Source of the DNA: an uncultured archaeon
GTDB lineage: Archaea; Asgardarchaeota; Lokiarchaeia; Sigyniarchaeales; SOKP01
Assembly: GCA_964486045.1 (NCBI GenBank)
Contig: CAZALK010000006.1
Coordinates: 128,001 to 192,000 of the forward strand
Length of the DNA stretch: 64,000 bases
Direction: 5' to 3'
A program made the position numbers and the translations under genes. Positions within the stretch are counted from its first letter, which is position 1, and each line of letters begins with the position of its first letter. Shown here piece after piece: positions 38,805 to 48,863 of this stretch. The notes under the pieces were generated by a model that ran no database searches, had not been told where the DNA came from, and saw only the letters and a list, made by a program, of their open reading frames with translations.

Positions 38805-40694
38805 TTAGATGATATGATACTTTTCTTTTTTAATACCAAGTTTCTGAAGAGTTTTCTCAGTCGGAACCCCATTGTTGTCCCAATTATGAAGTGAATAATA
38901 TTCATCTAGCATTTTTTCAAATTTCTCATGATCAATTTTCCTATTTTTAACTCTTGGAAGCCCTATAGGCGTAGATTCTGTGAAGAATCGTTCAGGTAAT
39001 TTATCATCCTTTCTTGAAAATCCCTCCCTAATGTTAAATAACCTTTCAATAGTACAAATTCGCTCCCCAATTTGCATAAGTTGGGGACGAGAAAGCTTCA
39101 TTCCGGAGACCAGATAAATTAACCTTGAAAACTCATCCCAATTTGGTGCATGTACTGCTAAAAATACAGTTTGATATTTGCATATACCAATCGAATCTGT
39201 AACAGCATACAAGAGTTCATGCCACCAAACCATGCGACTTTTCCCTCTGTAAGATCGATAATCTGACGAAACAGGAGCACCATAGATTTCCTCTAAAAAA
39301 TCTTCTGGTAAGCCATAAAGATCAATTGCTGGTCGACTTCTCAAGTGATCAGCTCCTCTAGTCGAAGTTGCAATTCCTAACGCTAAACCAGGTGTAGGAC
39401 GTTCATCAGAATGCAAACTACTCATATTTTTTATTTGAATGGCATAATATTCAGATTTTTTACCGAATTTCTCAATTGCTGTTTTAAATCCATTAGCAAG
39501 TATATCGCCAAATCCTTCTCTAAAAGCAATCTTTCGTATAAGCTCAAATAAAACTTCCTCATTACCCCATTCAAGTTTTAATCCATCTGTCATTTTGTCA
39601 GTTAGTATTCCCTTCTCGTAGAGTTCCATTGCCCAAGCAATTAATCCACCAATTTCAATAGTATCAAGACCATATTTATTAACAAGATGGTTTGCAACCA
39701 AAATTGTTTCTAATTTCCTACAATCAACCATTGTCCCAAAAGCACCGAGTGAAGTATACTCAGGTCCTTCCGCGTATATTGGTGCGAAGGGACCTTCATT
39801 TAATTTATACCGATGTCGACAACCAATCGGGCATGCATAACAGCTAGACATTCCAATTGTATATCTATCCATTTCTTCAGGTTCTAAATCCTCCCCTTCC
39901 TCTAACCTATTAAGCTGAAAATTTCTAGTTCGAACCAACCCAGTAGTATTCGTAGCACTATATATTACAAGCGATCCCCATTTTTGAGCAGCTCTAGAAA
40001 ATCGATTTTTCATAGTCATATCGATCATTTCTTTACAATAATCTAACAACTGTTCTGGGTACGAAAATTCTATGTTCATAGTTCCCCGTACAGCTATTGC
40101 TTTCAAGTTTTTTGATCCTTGAACACATCCCATTCCGGTACGCCCTGCTGCGCTTTTCATCCCAGTTCTAATGTTAGCAAATCGTACAAGATTTTCACCT
40201 GCCTTACCTATAACTAAGGATTTAATCTCTTCATCATCATGATCTGACTGTATTAGAGATTGCGTCTCAAAAGTATCCATTCCCCAAAGATGTTGGGCAT
40301 CCAAAATCTCAATCTCTCCATTGTGTATCCAAAGATAAACAGGTTTGTTAGCCCTACCAGTTATAACTAAGTGGTCAAAACCAGCCATTCTTAATTCTGG
40401 TGCAAAGAAGCTACCAATATTAGAATCCCCAATAGCACCTGTTATAGGAGATTTCGCAGCAATGTCACATCTACCGCTTCCAAGTGCAGGTATTCCTGCA
40501 AGAAATCCAGCACCTATGAGTAAAATATTTTCAGGGCTCAAGGGATTAATTCCAGATGGTAAATAATTGTATAAAAGGTACATATTTACACCTCTACCTC
40601 CAAGAAATTGAGTCCGGATTGGTTTTGGTATCAATTTTTTAATAATTTTTCCGGTAGATAAATCAATAAACGCTATTTTTTTCTTCCACACCAT
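38805..40694 (-). CDS. Tungsten aldehyde:ferredoxin oxidoreductase family protein
   Basis: LGGRG, KSPITG, AGENLV, AAGRTGMG, KNLKAIAV, EGPEY, GLDTI, TRGADHL. Confidence 0.93.
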   Translation of the reverse strand: MVWKKKIAFIDLSTGKIIKKLIPKPIRTQFLGGRGVNMYLLYNYLPSGINPLSPENILLIGAGFLAGIPALGSGRCDIAAKSPITGAIGDSNIGSFFAPELRMAGFDHLVITGRANKPVYLWIHNGEIEILDAQHLWGMDTFETQSLIQSDHDDEEIKSLVIGKAGENLVRFANIRTGMKSAAGRTGMGCVQGSKNLKAIAVRGTMNIEFSYPEQLLDYCKEMIDMTMKNRFSRAAQKWGSLVIYSATNTTGLVRTRNFQLNRLEEGEDLEPEEMDRYTIGMSSCYACPIGCRHRYKLNEGPFAPIYAEGPEYTSLGAFGTMVDCRKLETILVANHLVNKYGLDTIEIGGLIAWAMELYEKGILTDKMTDGLKLEWGNEEVLFELIRKIAFREGFGDILANGFKTAIEKFGKKSEYYAIQIKNMSSLHSDERPTPGLALGIATSTRGADHLRSRPAIDLYGLPEDFLEEIYGAPVSSDYRSYRGKSRMVWWHELLYAVTDSIGICKYQTVFLAVHAPNWDEFSRLIYLVSGMKLSRPQLMQIGERICTIERLFNIREGFSRKDDKLPERFFTESTPIGLPRVKNRKIDHEKFEKMLDEYYSLHNWDNNGVPTEKTLQKLGIKKEKYHII

Positions 40695-40998
40695 CGTTGT
40701 CTAATTCCTTGAACTTTTCATTTTTCAATAAAGTAGGTTTTAAGCTTCAAATCTGCGATAAGATTCACTATATTAGAGTAAATTTTTAAAAGTATTACCC
40801 CATAACAGCAATTTTTTTTATTTTCACTCAAATCATCCATTAGATTTAAATAGTATTGACGAAAAACAAATAAGTAACTAAATAATTTAAAATTTTGTAA
40901 TAGAATTCGTTTAGTGGGAAAATGTGACCATTTTATTATCAAATCCCATAAATGATATTAGCCATATCTAATTTTGTAATAGAGGTGATGATTTATAT

Positions 40999-41154
40999 AT
41001 GAGTGAATCTTCTAGATGCAGATGCCTAAATTGTTTAGAACATTTCCCTATCCAACCAGATGCTAAAGAATCAACTTGTCCTCGCTGTAAAATTAAGTAC
41101 AGAATTTCTTGGCCTTGGCCAGGTCAACCAAAGATTCGAGGTTTAGCAAAGTAA
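40999..41154 (+). CDS. Small zinc-ribbon protein (51 aa), not in the ORF track
   Basis: MSESSRCRCLNCLEHFPIQPDAKESTCPRCKIKYRISWPWPGQPKIRGLAK; SD GAGGTGA at 40982-40988. Confidence 0.75.
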   Translation: MSESSRCRCLNCLEHFPIQPDAKESTCPRCKIKYRISWPWPGQPKIRGLAK

Positions 41155-41403
41155 ACCTTAGTAGAGAAAAAGATAGTTTCTTTAAATTTACTCTTAAAAA
41201 TCTTATCAGGTGGACTCTAGGAAAGCCGTCTATAAATATTTTAAAAAAAAAATAGTTGGGATGTCCGCTTTGATGAAAGAAAACTTAGGGGAAAAAGTTT
41301 ATCTTAAAATTAGAAAATATTAGTAAAAAATTTTTACATTATCATCATATTTTATAATTCTGTTGAAAAAGATTTTTAATAACATCAGAATATAAGAAAT
41401 TTA

Positions 41404-41685
41404 ATGGCAAATGTAACATTGAGATTAATGACAATGATTTCGAGTGATGTTGGACTAACTTATATCAACTATACTAATGTTAATACCCTAAGCGATATTA
41501 TAGATCAATTTATGAGGGATCATGGAAGAAAAATACGTAAAAGTCTTGTCAACAAGCAAGGAAATTTAGAGAGTCATGTGATTATTATGGTCAATGGAAG
41601 AAATTATCTATTTTTAGAAGAATTAAAGACAAAATTAAATGATGGAGATGAAGTAATTCTCTCTCCCCCCCTCATTGGGGGATAA
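41404..41685 (+). CDS. MoaD/ThiS/SAMP ubiquitin-like sulfur carrier
   Basis: VNGRN..L.DGDEV...PPLIGG C-terminal diglycine. Confidence 0.9.
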   Translation: MANVTLRLMTMISSDVGLTYINYTNVNTLSDIIDQFMRDHGRKIRKSLVNKQGNLESHVIIMVNGRNYLFLEELKTKLNDGDEVILSPPLIGG

Positions 41686-41740
41686 AACTATACTTTTACA
41701 TATTTACTGTTAAATAACAAGTATTATACTAATCCTTATT

Positions 41741-42208
41741 TTATAAAATAAGTAAATTTATCCATTCCGCAACTACAGCAGGCTGAGTCTGTTCTTTTAT
41801 TTCGATCGTATGATGTGACGTGAATTTCATACCTCTTTTAACTAACTCTACCTTTGAGATGTATGAAACATCTCGAATAAAAGATCCGACTGGTACAGCG
41901 GAAATAAATCTAACTTTATCAAATCCATAACTAAGTATTGCTTTTGCATCAGTTATATAAAATTGCATTAAATCTCTCTCCCCGTCTTGTAAAGTAAAGA
42001 AACCTAACATTGATAAAACAAAGAACCCATGAGCAACAGTTCTCCCATAAATTGATGCAAGTGCTTTTTCAGGATTAATATGGATATATTGGTGATCTTT
42101 GGTAAGGTCAGCAAATTTATCTATAGCTTCTTGAGTAACTTTATACCATCTTGTAACAAATTTTTGACCTATATAATTTTTTATTTCAATTGCCTTAATA
42201 TTTACCAT
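41741..42208 (-). CDS. MaoC-family dehydratase
   Basis: FADLTKDHQYIH, AHGF, YGFDKVRF. Confidence 0.9.
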   Translation of the reverse strand: MVNIKAIEIKNYIGQKFVTRWYKVTQEAIDKFADLTKDHQYIHINPEKALASIYGRTVAHGFFVLSMLGFFTLQDGERDLMQFYITDAKAILSYGFDKVRFISAVPVGSFIRDVSYISKVELVKRGMKFTSHHTIEIKEQTQPAVVAEWINLLIL

Positions 42209-42332
42209 TTTAATTCTCGTGATGAATGACTTTAACTAGGATTCCAATTTTTATTCAAAAGTGATTTACAAAGTTATTTATTTATAATTCTATAAAAATT
42301 GTACTTAAATAATTCTGGATATTTTTTTTCTT

Positions 42333-43574
42333 TCATTTTTTCTCCTCTGAAAGTTGTTCAATAAAGGCTTCAATGCTTGTTTTTGATTGTTCATCAGAAA
42401 GACACCTTAAATCATTTAAATCTCCATCTATAATCAAATTTGGTATTCCTACTTTTTTTTCGAGTCTTTGTGGCATACCATAGCGAGAGTTGGTATTATG
42501 CGGACAAGTTTTTGAATCATGAAATAGGATTCCATCAATTTTAAAAAATTCAATCATTTGCTTAAGGTAATCTTCTTTATAACCATCTGAACGTACTATG
42601 AATAACTCAGTATAAGCTTTTGCCATACTCTTAAAGGGGTCTCTTTCATCAAAAGAAGTAAAAATCCAGCTATTACAATAAGTAGATGCAACAACACATA
42701 CATTAAGGCTAGCAAATAACTCAGAATAATGCCGAAGTCTTCCCCAAATAGGCATTCCATCCCAATATATTCTAAAACGTTCGTCTTCCACAGCTCCTTC
42801 ATGTCTTTCTACTCTCTTTATCAATTCAGGTAATAAAAGGTTATAGTAGTCCACAGCATGTTGGGTTCCTCTTAGGACCACAGCGGGTCCCATTTGAATT
42901 GTGCCATCGAAAAATGTAATTGGTGAAGGTATGTTCGCTGCTGTATCTAATACATTTTTCCATAAATCGGAACATTTGCGTGAGAGTGAAATAACTTTTT
43001 TAAGTTTATTCATCTCAAACTTAACACTTGAAATTTTCTCTAGAGGTTCTATGAGTTCCTCCAATTCTTGTGCTACATATGATATTACTGTTTTATCAAC
43101 AACATCAATAGTTCTGGGTGTAAAGATACCAATTAAGGGGACTTTAAATTCCTCAGCAAACCATCGGAACCAGTCCTGAACCTCTCTACATTGATTTGTA
43201 TTAAACACCAGCACATCAGGTTTTGGTATAGATTTTATTTTAGGATAGGCTCTTGTTAATGGTGTAATATTTTTTAGATAAGCACCAATATCAGCTGTAA
43301 GATAAGAACATATTTCAGGAGAATATCCAATCGCATTTGCATATGGAATTAAATCAGTTGCCATTCTAGTAGAGCCTAGCATAGCACTATGGTTTTCTGG
43401 GAAGTAAACGTAGAATCCTAGAGCTCTTAAAATTTCAGCAGGTCCAACGCTAGAACACCACGCAATTTTCTTATTTTCATGTTTAGATGCGTCATCTAAT
43501 TCGTTATAATAATCAGCCATAATTTGCTTTAATTCATTTGTCGAAGTTATTTCTTTTCTATGCAAATAATTCAC
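42333..43574 (-). CDS. 2-hydroxyacyl-CoA dehydratase subunit (HgdAB/BcrBC family)
   Basis: FPENH, ICSY, DGILFH..KTC, DGD..D.R. Confidence 0.85.
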   Translation of the reverse strand: MNYLHRKEITSTNELKQIMADYYNELDDASKHENKKIAWCSSVGPAEILRALGFYVYFPENHSAMLGSTRMATDLIPYANAIGYSPEICSYLTADIGAYLKNITPLTRAYPKIKSIPKPDVLVFNTNQCREVQDWFRWFAEEFKVPLIGIFTPRTIDVVDKTVISYVAQELEELIEPLEKISSVKFEMNKLKKVISLSRKCSDLWKNVLDTAANIPSPITFFDGTIQMGPAVVLRGTQHAVDYYNLLLPELIKRVERHEGAVEDERFRIYWDGMPIWGRLRHYSELFASLNVCVVASTYCNSWIFTSFDERDPFKSMAKAYTELFIVRSDGYKEDYLKQMIEFFKIDGILFHDSKTCPHNTNSRYGMPQRLEKKVGIPNLIIDGDLNDLRCLSDEQSKTSIEAFIEQLSEEKK

Positions 43575-43625
43575 CTAATTATTGATTTAACAGAATTTCA
43601 ATTTAGAAATTTTAATTATTTAATA

Positions 43626-44834
43626 CTAATCTACTATTACTTCTAATACCAAAGCTGCTGCAGTATCCCCAGCTGCGCAACCATCTGCGAGTCCATAACC
43701 CCCTCCTTTCAGAACTAATTCTTCAATTAATTCAATTATTATCCGTAACATTGTAGGTGCTTGTGGATGGCCAAATATCAGTGAACTTCCATAGTTATTC
43801 ATACTGTTCCAATCAATATCCATCTCCTTACAGAAATATACATCATTTACTGCAAATGGGTTATGAGTTTTAATTACTGACAAATCAGCTATAGAAACAT
43901 TGGCTCGCTCTAAAGCTTTTTTTGCCGCAGGGACAATAGCCATAGCCATATATCCCTTTTTTGTTTTATAATCTCCATAAGAAACTATTTTAATCTCGAT
44001 ATTCTCCCTTTTTCTTAAGTTTTTGGCATGTTCTTTTGTAGTAACTATTACACCACAATTTGCATCAGCGGGATGCGTTTGAGTCCCATAAGTAATAGTA
44101 CCCTCTGGAAGTACGGGTTTAAGTTTTAAAAGCCCTTCCATTGTAGTTGGATATACACCCTCATCTCCTTCTATAGTAGCTACTATCTTTCGACCTGAGC
44201 GATTTTTTATCTCGATTGGATCAATCATATATGTCTTTTGGAAGGCTCTGTCATCCTTTAATGAGTCTTGATACTGGTTGTATCGTAATAGGGTGATGTT
44301 ATCTTGATCTTTTCTTGTAATACCTGCTTCTTTTGCCACATTTTCGCCAGTTTCTAACATTGAATTCTTAGCATAAGGGTCATAACCAAAATTATCCCAA
44401 ACCCAGTTCTCAGAGTCCACCGTGTTACCAGGTGCTTGAGGATTAGGATAGGCAAGATGCGGTCCATTGGAACATCGATCAGTGCATACTAGAAGGATAT
44501 TTTTGTGTACTCCCGTCTCGATATTCTGTGCTGCAATGGATACGGAACTGGTTCCTGTAGCACATGCTTGACTAATAACAGGACCAGTAATATTTTCCGC
44601 TCCGATCATACTCGCTAACCAAGGTCCTCCATAGAAACAGTTGAGTTGTGGTATTGTAATTCCTAATATAAGCTCATCAAAATCCTTGGGAGATATTCCA
44701 CTACTATCTAAAAATTTTGTAGTTATTTCCGCTGCAAATTTCATGGCATGGAGATTTTGAAAACTACCTTGCCATCTACTAAACGGTGTACTCCAATATT
44801 GACCATATGGTATGAATGCGTTTTTAAAAGACAT
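43626..44834 (-). CDS. Thiolase family protein
   Basis: QACATG, HNPFA (in place of NEAF), GHP, GCAAG. Confidence 0.9.
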   Translation of the reverse strand: MSFKNAFIPYGQYWSTPFSRWQGSFQNLHAMKFAAEITTKFLDSSGISPKDFDELILGITIPQLNCFYGGPWLASMIGAENITGPVISQACATGTSSVSIAAQNIETGVHKNILLVCTDRCSNGPHLAYPNPQAPGNTVDSENWVWDNFGYDPYAKNSMLETGENVAKEAGITRKDQDNITLLRYNQYQDSLKDDRAFQKTYMIDPIEIKNRSGRKIVATIEGDEGVYPTTMEGLLKLKPVLPEGTITYGTQTHPADANCGVIVTTKEHAKNLRKRENIEIKIVSYGDYKTKKGYMAMAIVPAAKKALERANVSIADLSVIKTHNPFAVNDVYFCKEMDIDWNSMNNYGSSLIFGHPQAPTMLRIIIELIEELVLKGGGYGLADGCAAGDTAAALVLEVIVD

Positions 44835-44878
44835 TTATTTTATATCCTCTTAGTTCTTATTCAATTTTTTAATGTAAT

Positions 44879-46459
44879 TTAATCATTCTTTTTTTGTTCA
44901 TTAAATCTTTCGCGTAGAATCCGGTGAATAACCTTACCAGAACCAGTTCTTGGAATCTCTTCAGAATTAATACATATAACCTTTTTTGGAATTTTAAATC
45001 GTGTAAGCTTATCCTCACAAAATTGACGAATTGTTTTGGTAATTTCGCTTGAAGGTGCCATTTTTTCCTTTAAAACACAAACAGCAGTCACTTCTTCTCC
45101 CCATTTATAATCTTGTAAACCAATTACAGCACATTCAACTACATAAGGATGTGTTGCTATAATTTTTTCAACTTCAGAAGGAAAAACATGTTCTCCACCG
45201 GTAATAATCATATTAGCTTTCCTATCTACAATGTAATAGAATCCATCCTTATCTTTTTTAGCCATATCACCCGCACTAAAAAATTCTCCTTTAAATGAGT
45301 CTTTAGTCTTCCCAGATAATTTATAATACTCATCAAACATTTGAGGTCCGCGCGAATACAATTCACCAATTTCACCTAATTGTGCTGGGTTTCCTTGTTC
45401 ATCTAATATTTGAATACAATCAGTTCCAATACATTCTTTTCCAATTGAACCTAGCTTATCCATCTGATCCTCAGGTCTAAGGATTGTTACCAAACCAGCC
45501 TCCGTTGAGCCATAAGCTTCAAAAAGATGAGTTTGATTAAATAATTCCATTACATTAAGTTTCATTTGTTTAGTTGCTGGAGCTGAGGAGGTCAGAAGAG
45601 CTCGCATGGAACTTAAATCGTATATCTTTTTAACATCTTCGGGTAGATTTAATATTAAATTGTAATGAGTGGGAATCATAGATGTGAAAGTTATTTTCTC
45701 TCGATCAATAATCCTTAAAACATCTTCAGGGTTAAAGTTATATTCAATATGAATATATACAGGGGCTCCTAAGTAAGTAAAAACAAAAGAATAAAAAGTG
45801 GAATTTACATGAGATAATGGCATCAATATCATCCCATAATCTTGAGGAGTAAAGGAGAATTCCGCCCCATTAATTAAAAAAAAAGCTATATATGACCGAT
45901 GTGACCGTACTGCACCCTTAGGACTCCCTGTTGTACCTGATGTATAAAGAATAACCCACGTATCTTCTGGATTAACTTTAATAGGAGGGTAATTATTTTC
46001 ACCCAATTCTACAATATCCTCATAATGAGTCCAATTTTTTACAGGATTATCAGATATCAGTACACGTTCAATATTATCATATCCCAGTTCATTTGATCTT
46101 TGCCAAATTTCTTCTGTAGCTTCACGGAATCGAGATTCTACAATTAAATATTTAGCATCGCAGTTAGTAAGTATGAATGAAATCTCATTTGGATGCAACC
46201 GAAAATTTAATGGTACGATAATAAATCCTCCTTTTGCAGCTGCTATGTATACTTCCATAAATTCAATTGAATTATTAGATAGGATTGCTACCTTATCTCC
46301 CTTGGATATCCCACTCTTAAGAAATCCATTAGCCAGTTTGTTTGTTCTTTCGTTAAGTTCATTAAATGTTAATTGTTGTTTTCTATCTTTTAATGCAAGT
46401 TTATTTGGATATTTTGATGCATTTACAGTAATTATTTCACCAATATTAAGCCAAGTCAT
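44879..46459 (-). CDS. AMP-forming acyl/aryl-CoA ligase
   Basis: YTSGTTGSPKG, YGSTE, GD..DR, PRTGSGK. Confidence 0.93.
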   Translation of the reverse strand: MTWLNIGEIITVNASKYPNKLALKDRKQQLTFNELNERTNKLANGFLKSGISKGDKVAILSNNSIEFMEVYIAAAKGGFIIVPLNFRLHPNEISFILTNCDAKYLIVESRFREATEEIWQRSNELGYDNIERVLISDNPVKNWTHYEDIVELGENNYPPIKVNPEDTWVILYTSGTTGSPKGAVRSHRSYIAFFLINGAEFSFTPQDYGMILMPLSHVNSTFYSFVFTYLGAPVYIHIEYNFNPEDVLRIIDREKITFTSMIPTHYNLILNLPEDVKKIYDLSSMRALLTSSAPATKQMKLNVMELFNQTHLFEAYGSTEAGLVTILRPEDQMDKLGSIGKECIGTDCIQILDEQGNPAQLGEIGELYSRGPQMFDEYYKLSGKTKDSFKGEFFSAGDMAKKDKDGFYYIVDRKANMIITGGEHVFPSEVEKIIATHPYVVECAVIGLQDYKWGEEVTAVCVLKEKMAPSSEITKTIRQFCEDKLTRFKIPKKVICINSEEIPRTGSGKVIHRILRERFNEQKKND

Positions 46460-46506
46460 AAACCCATCATCTATTTCTTCTTTTAATCAATTAAATATCT
46501 CAATTA

Positions 46507-46755
46507 TTAATTTTTTTTTTGCTTGATATAGATTGTTCTCAAATTATCAAAATCAGCTTTAAAGCATGCCTGACAATTAGCTGCCTCATTGGGAGTTGCA
46601 GGTTCAATAAGCACATCGTAACCAATTGATTCATACAGTTCTACATATTCTTTTACTCTATTTTCTTCAATTGTGAATCCCCTCTCCCAGTCTTTCCCTC
46701 TCACTGGAATCCCAAGACTTTTTTTTTCATAGGATTTTTCTTTATCGGAAACCAT
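46507..46755 (-). CDS. Small hypothetical protein with CxxC in the aromatic-degradation cluster
   Basis: WERGFTIEENRVKEYVELYESIGY..CQAC; co-oriented with the CoA ligase. Confidence 0.65.
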   Translation of the reverse strand: MVSDKEKSYEKKSLGIPVRGKDWERGFTIEENRVKEYVELYESIGYDVLIEPATPNEAANCQACFKADFDNLRTIYIKQKKN

Positions 46756-46981
46756 AATAATTCTGAGTCATTTTCAATTTTTTTCGAATATACAATATGT
46801 ATTATTATAATCTTCTGTTTAAACATTACTTTTTTCCAATTCCCTTCTGATTTATAATCATAGTGGTACTTTATTCCCACCATACGTTCCCCATTAAAAA
46901 ATTTTAAATTGATTTGTAAAATTATCTAAGAATAATAATAAAAATAGAAGAAATCAAAAAAGAATAAAGATGTGATTTATA

Positions 46982-47950
46982 ATGACTTATACAAAAGAAC
47001 CAAATTTTATACCTAAAGCTCCAAAAGATTTTGATTTTAAAGAAATAATATATGAAAAGAAAGACTGGAAGGCAAAAGTAACAATTAATCGTCCGGAGGT
47101 TTATAACGCTTATTCAACTCTTACGTTAATGGAAATGATTGAGGCTTTTCATGATGCCGCCTGGGATAACAAAGTCGCAGTGATAATCTTAACAGGTGCA
47201 GGTGATAAAGCATTCTGTACTGGTGGGGATGTAAAAGAATATAGGGAACGTTTTACGGTCCGACCTGCTGAGTATTGGAAATGGATGAGTATTTTTCAAG
47301 AAGCTCATGATGTATTCCGTAATATAGGAAAACCTACTGTGGCAAGGCTTAATGGAATTGTCGCAGGCGGAGGGAATGAATGGCAAATGGCTTGTGATTT
47401 AGCGATAGCAGCAGAACACGCAACAATCCAACAAGTAGGAACTCGAGTGGGTTCAGTGGCTTGTGGGGGAGCAACTCAGTGGTTACCCATTATAGTTGGT
47501 GATCGACGTGCGAGGGAAATTTTATTCTTATGTGAACCAATCTCCGCTAAAAAAGCATTAGATTGGGGATTAGTGAATGAAGTAGTACCATATGCAGAAA
47601 TAGATGAGGCAGTTGATAAAATGTGCCAGAAGTTGATTGATAAGTTTCCAGAATGCATGAGATATACTAAACAACAAGTTAATTTCTGGAAGGATTTTGT
47701 ATGGCATCAAACAATTGGGCATGCAAAAGATTGGTTATCTATACACTATGCAAGTTGGGAACCACTCGAGGGGATGTCAGCCTTTGTAGAAAAACGCCCT
47801 CCAAACTATAGAGGTGTACGTGAGAGTCCACATCCAGAATTTTTATGGGGTCCACCTTCGATAACATGTCCTTCATGTCAAGCTAAAAGTTTACCTTCTG
47901 ATTTCGAATTTTGTGGAAAGTGTGGTACTAAATTAAAGGAAAATTCCTAA
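46982..47950 (+). CDS. oah: 6-oxocyclohex-1-ene-1-carbonyl-CoA hydrolase-like crotonase with C-terminal zinc ribbon
   Basis: GDKAFCTGG..KEY, GGAT..LP, LCEP.SA, FPECM as in Oah; CPSC..CGKC tail; adjacent to dch and had. Confidence 0.75.
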   Translation: MTYTKEPNFIPKAPKDFDFKEIIYEKKDWKAKVTINRPEVYNAYSTLTLMEMIEAFHDAAWDNKVAVIILTGAGDKAFCTGGDVKEYRERFTVRPAEYWKWMSIFQEAHDVFRNIGKPTVARLNGIVAGGGNEWQMACDLAIAAEHATIQQVGTRVGSVACGGATQWLPIIVGDRRAREILFLCEPISAKKALDWGLVNEVVPYAEIDEAVDKMCQKLIDKFPECMRYTKQQVNFWKDFVWHQTIGHAKDWLSIHYASWEPLEGMSAFVEKRPPNYRGVRESPHPEFLWGPPSITCPSCQAKSLPSDFEFCGKCGTKLKENS

Positions 47951-48009
47951 ATATCATGTACCTTCTTTTTTTTTCTCTTTAGAAAAATCAATATAATTAT
48001 AGAAATTAG

Positions 48010-48786
48010 GTGAAAAAGGTGGAAAATGATCTAATTATAATCGAAAAAACGAAAGAGATTGCGAAAATAATTTTCAACAATGGAGATTATAATATAATGA
48101 ATATGAAAATGATGGAGCAAATCAATGAAGCAATTAAAAAATTCATTGGGGATGATTCATTAAAGGCTTTGGTTTTTGATCACAATGGAAAGGCTTTTTC
48201 TGCGGGTGTTGATATAGGAGACCATATGGGTGATAAGGCACCAAGGATGATTAAGATATTTCATGATATTTTTAGAAATTTAAATAAACTGAAATGTTTA
48301 ACGATAGCATCTGTGAAAGGATCCGCGCTTGGAGGTGGGTGTGAAATTGCCATGTTTTGCGACATAGTAATAACTTCTGAAAAGGCAAAATTTGGACAGC
48401 CAGAAATAAAAGTGGGTGTATTCCCACCCATAGCCATGCTTGTACTACCTCAGATTATTGGAAATAAAAAAGCAATTGAAATTCTTTTATTAGGTGAATC
48501 AATCACTGCTAAAGAGGCTCTTCAATTAGGTTTAACTAATCATATCTTCCCGAAGGAATCTTATGAACAAAATTTTACCCAATTTATTGATTCTTTAAGA
48601 AATTTAAGCACAATCGTATTAAAATACTCAAAAAAAGCTTTTTATGATGGATTGGGATTAGATTTTGAAACTCAACTTGACCAAATTGAAGAATTCTATC
48701 TTAATGAATTGATGACAACTCATGACGCAAATGAAGGACTCAAGGCATTCATGGAAAAAAGACCCCCAAATTGGCAAAATCGTTAA
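48010..48786 (+). CDS. dch: Cyclohexa-1,5-diene-1-carbonyl-CoA hydratase
   Basis: AFSAGVDIGDH, LGGGCE, GQPEIKVGVFPP; gene context. Confidence 0.8.
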   Translation: MKKVENDLIIIEKTKEIAKIIFNNGDYNIMNMKMMEQINEAIKKFIGDDSLKALVFDHNGKAFSAGVDIGDHMGDKAPRMIKIFHDIFRNLNKLKCLTIASVKGSALGGGCEIAMFCDIVITSEKAKFGQPEIKVGVFPPIAMLVLPQIIGNKKAIEILLLGESITAKEALQLGLTNHIFPKESYEQNFTQFIDSLRNLSTIVLKYSKKAFYDGLGLDFETQLDQIEEFYLNELMTTHDANEGLKAFMEKRPPNWQNR

Positions 48787-48863
48787 AAAATATCATAGTT
48801 TTAAATATTTTATTGGTTAAATTCATAATAATAAAAAAATTAAAAAATGTGTAGGAAATAAAG

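Noticed and set aside
38805-40694. BamB (class II benzoyl-CoA reductase) assignment
   Set aside because: It has an AOR-type EGPEY motif, no bamC-I partners are present, and a class I reductase is already encoded.
41205-41274. Possible Moco/Wco riboswitch-like hairpin upstream of the MoaD-like gene
   Set aside because: Only a weak G.U-rich stem (GGTGGAC/GTCCGCT); the motif consensus is not recognisable.
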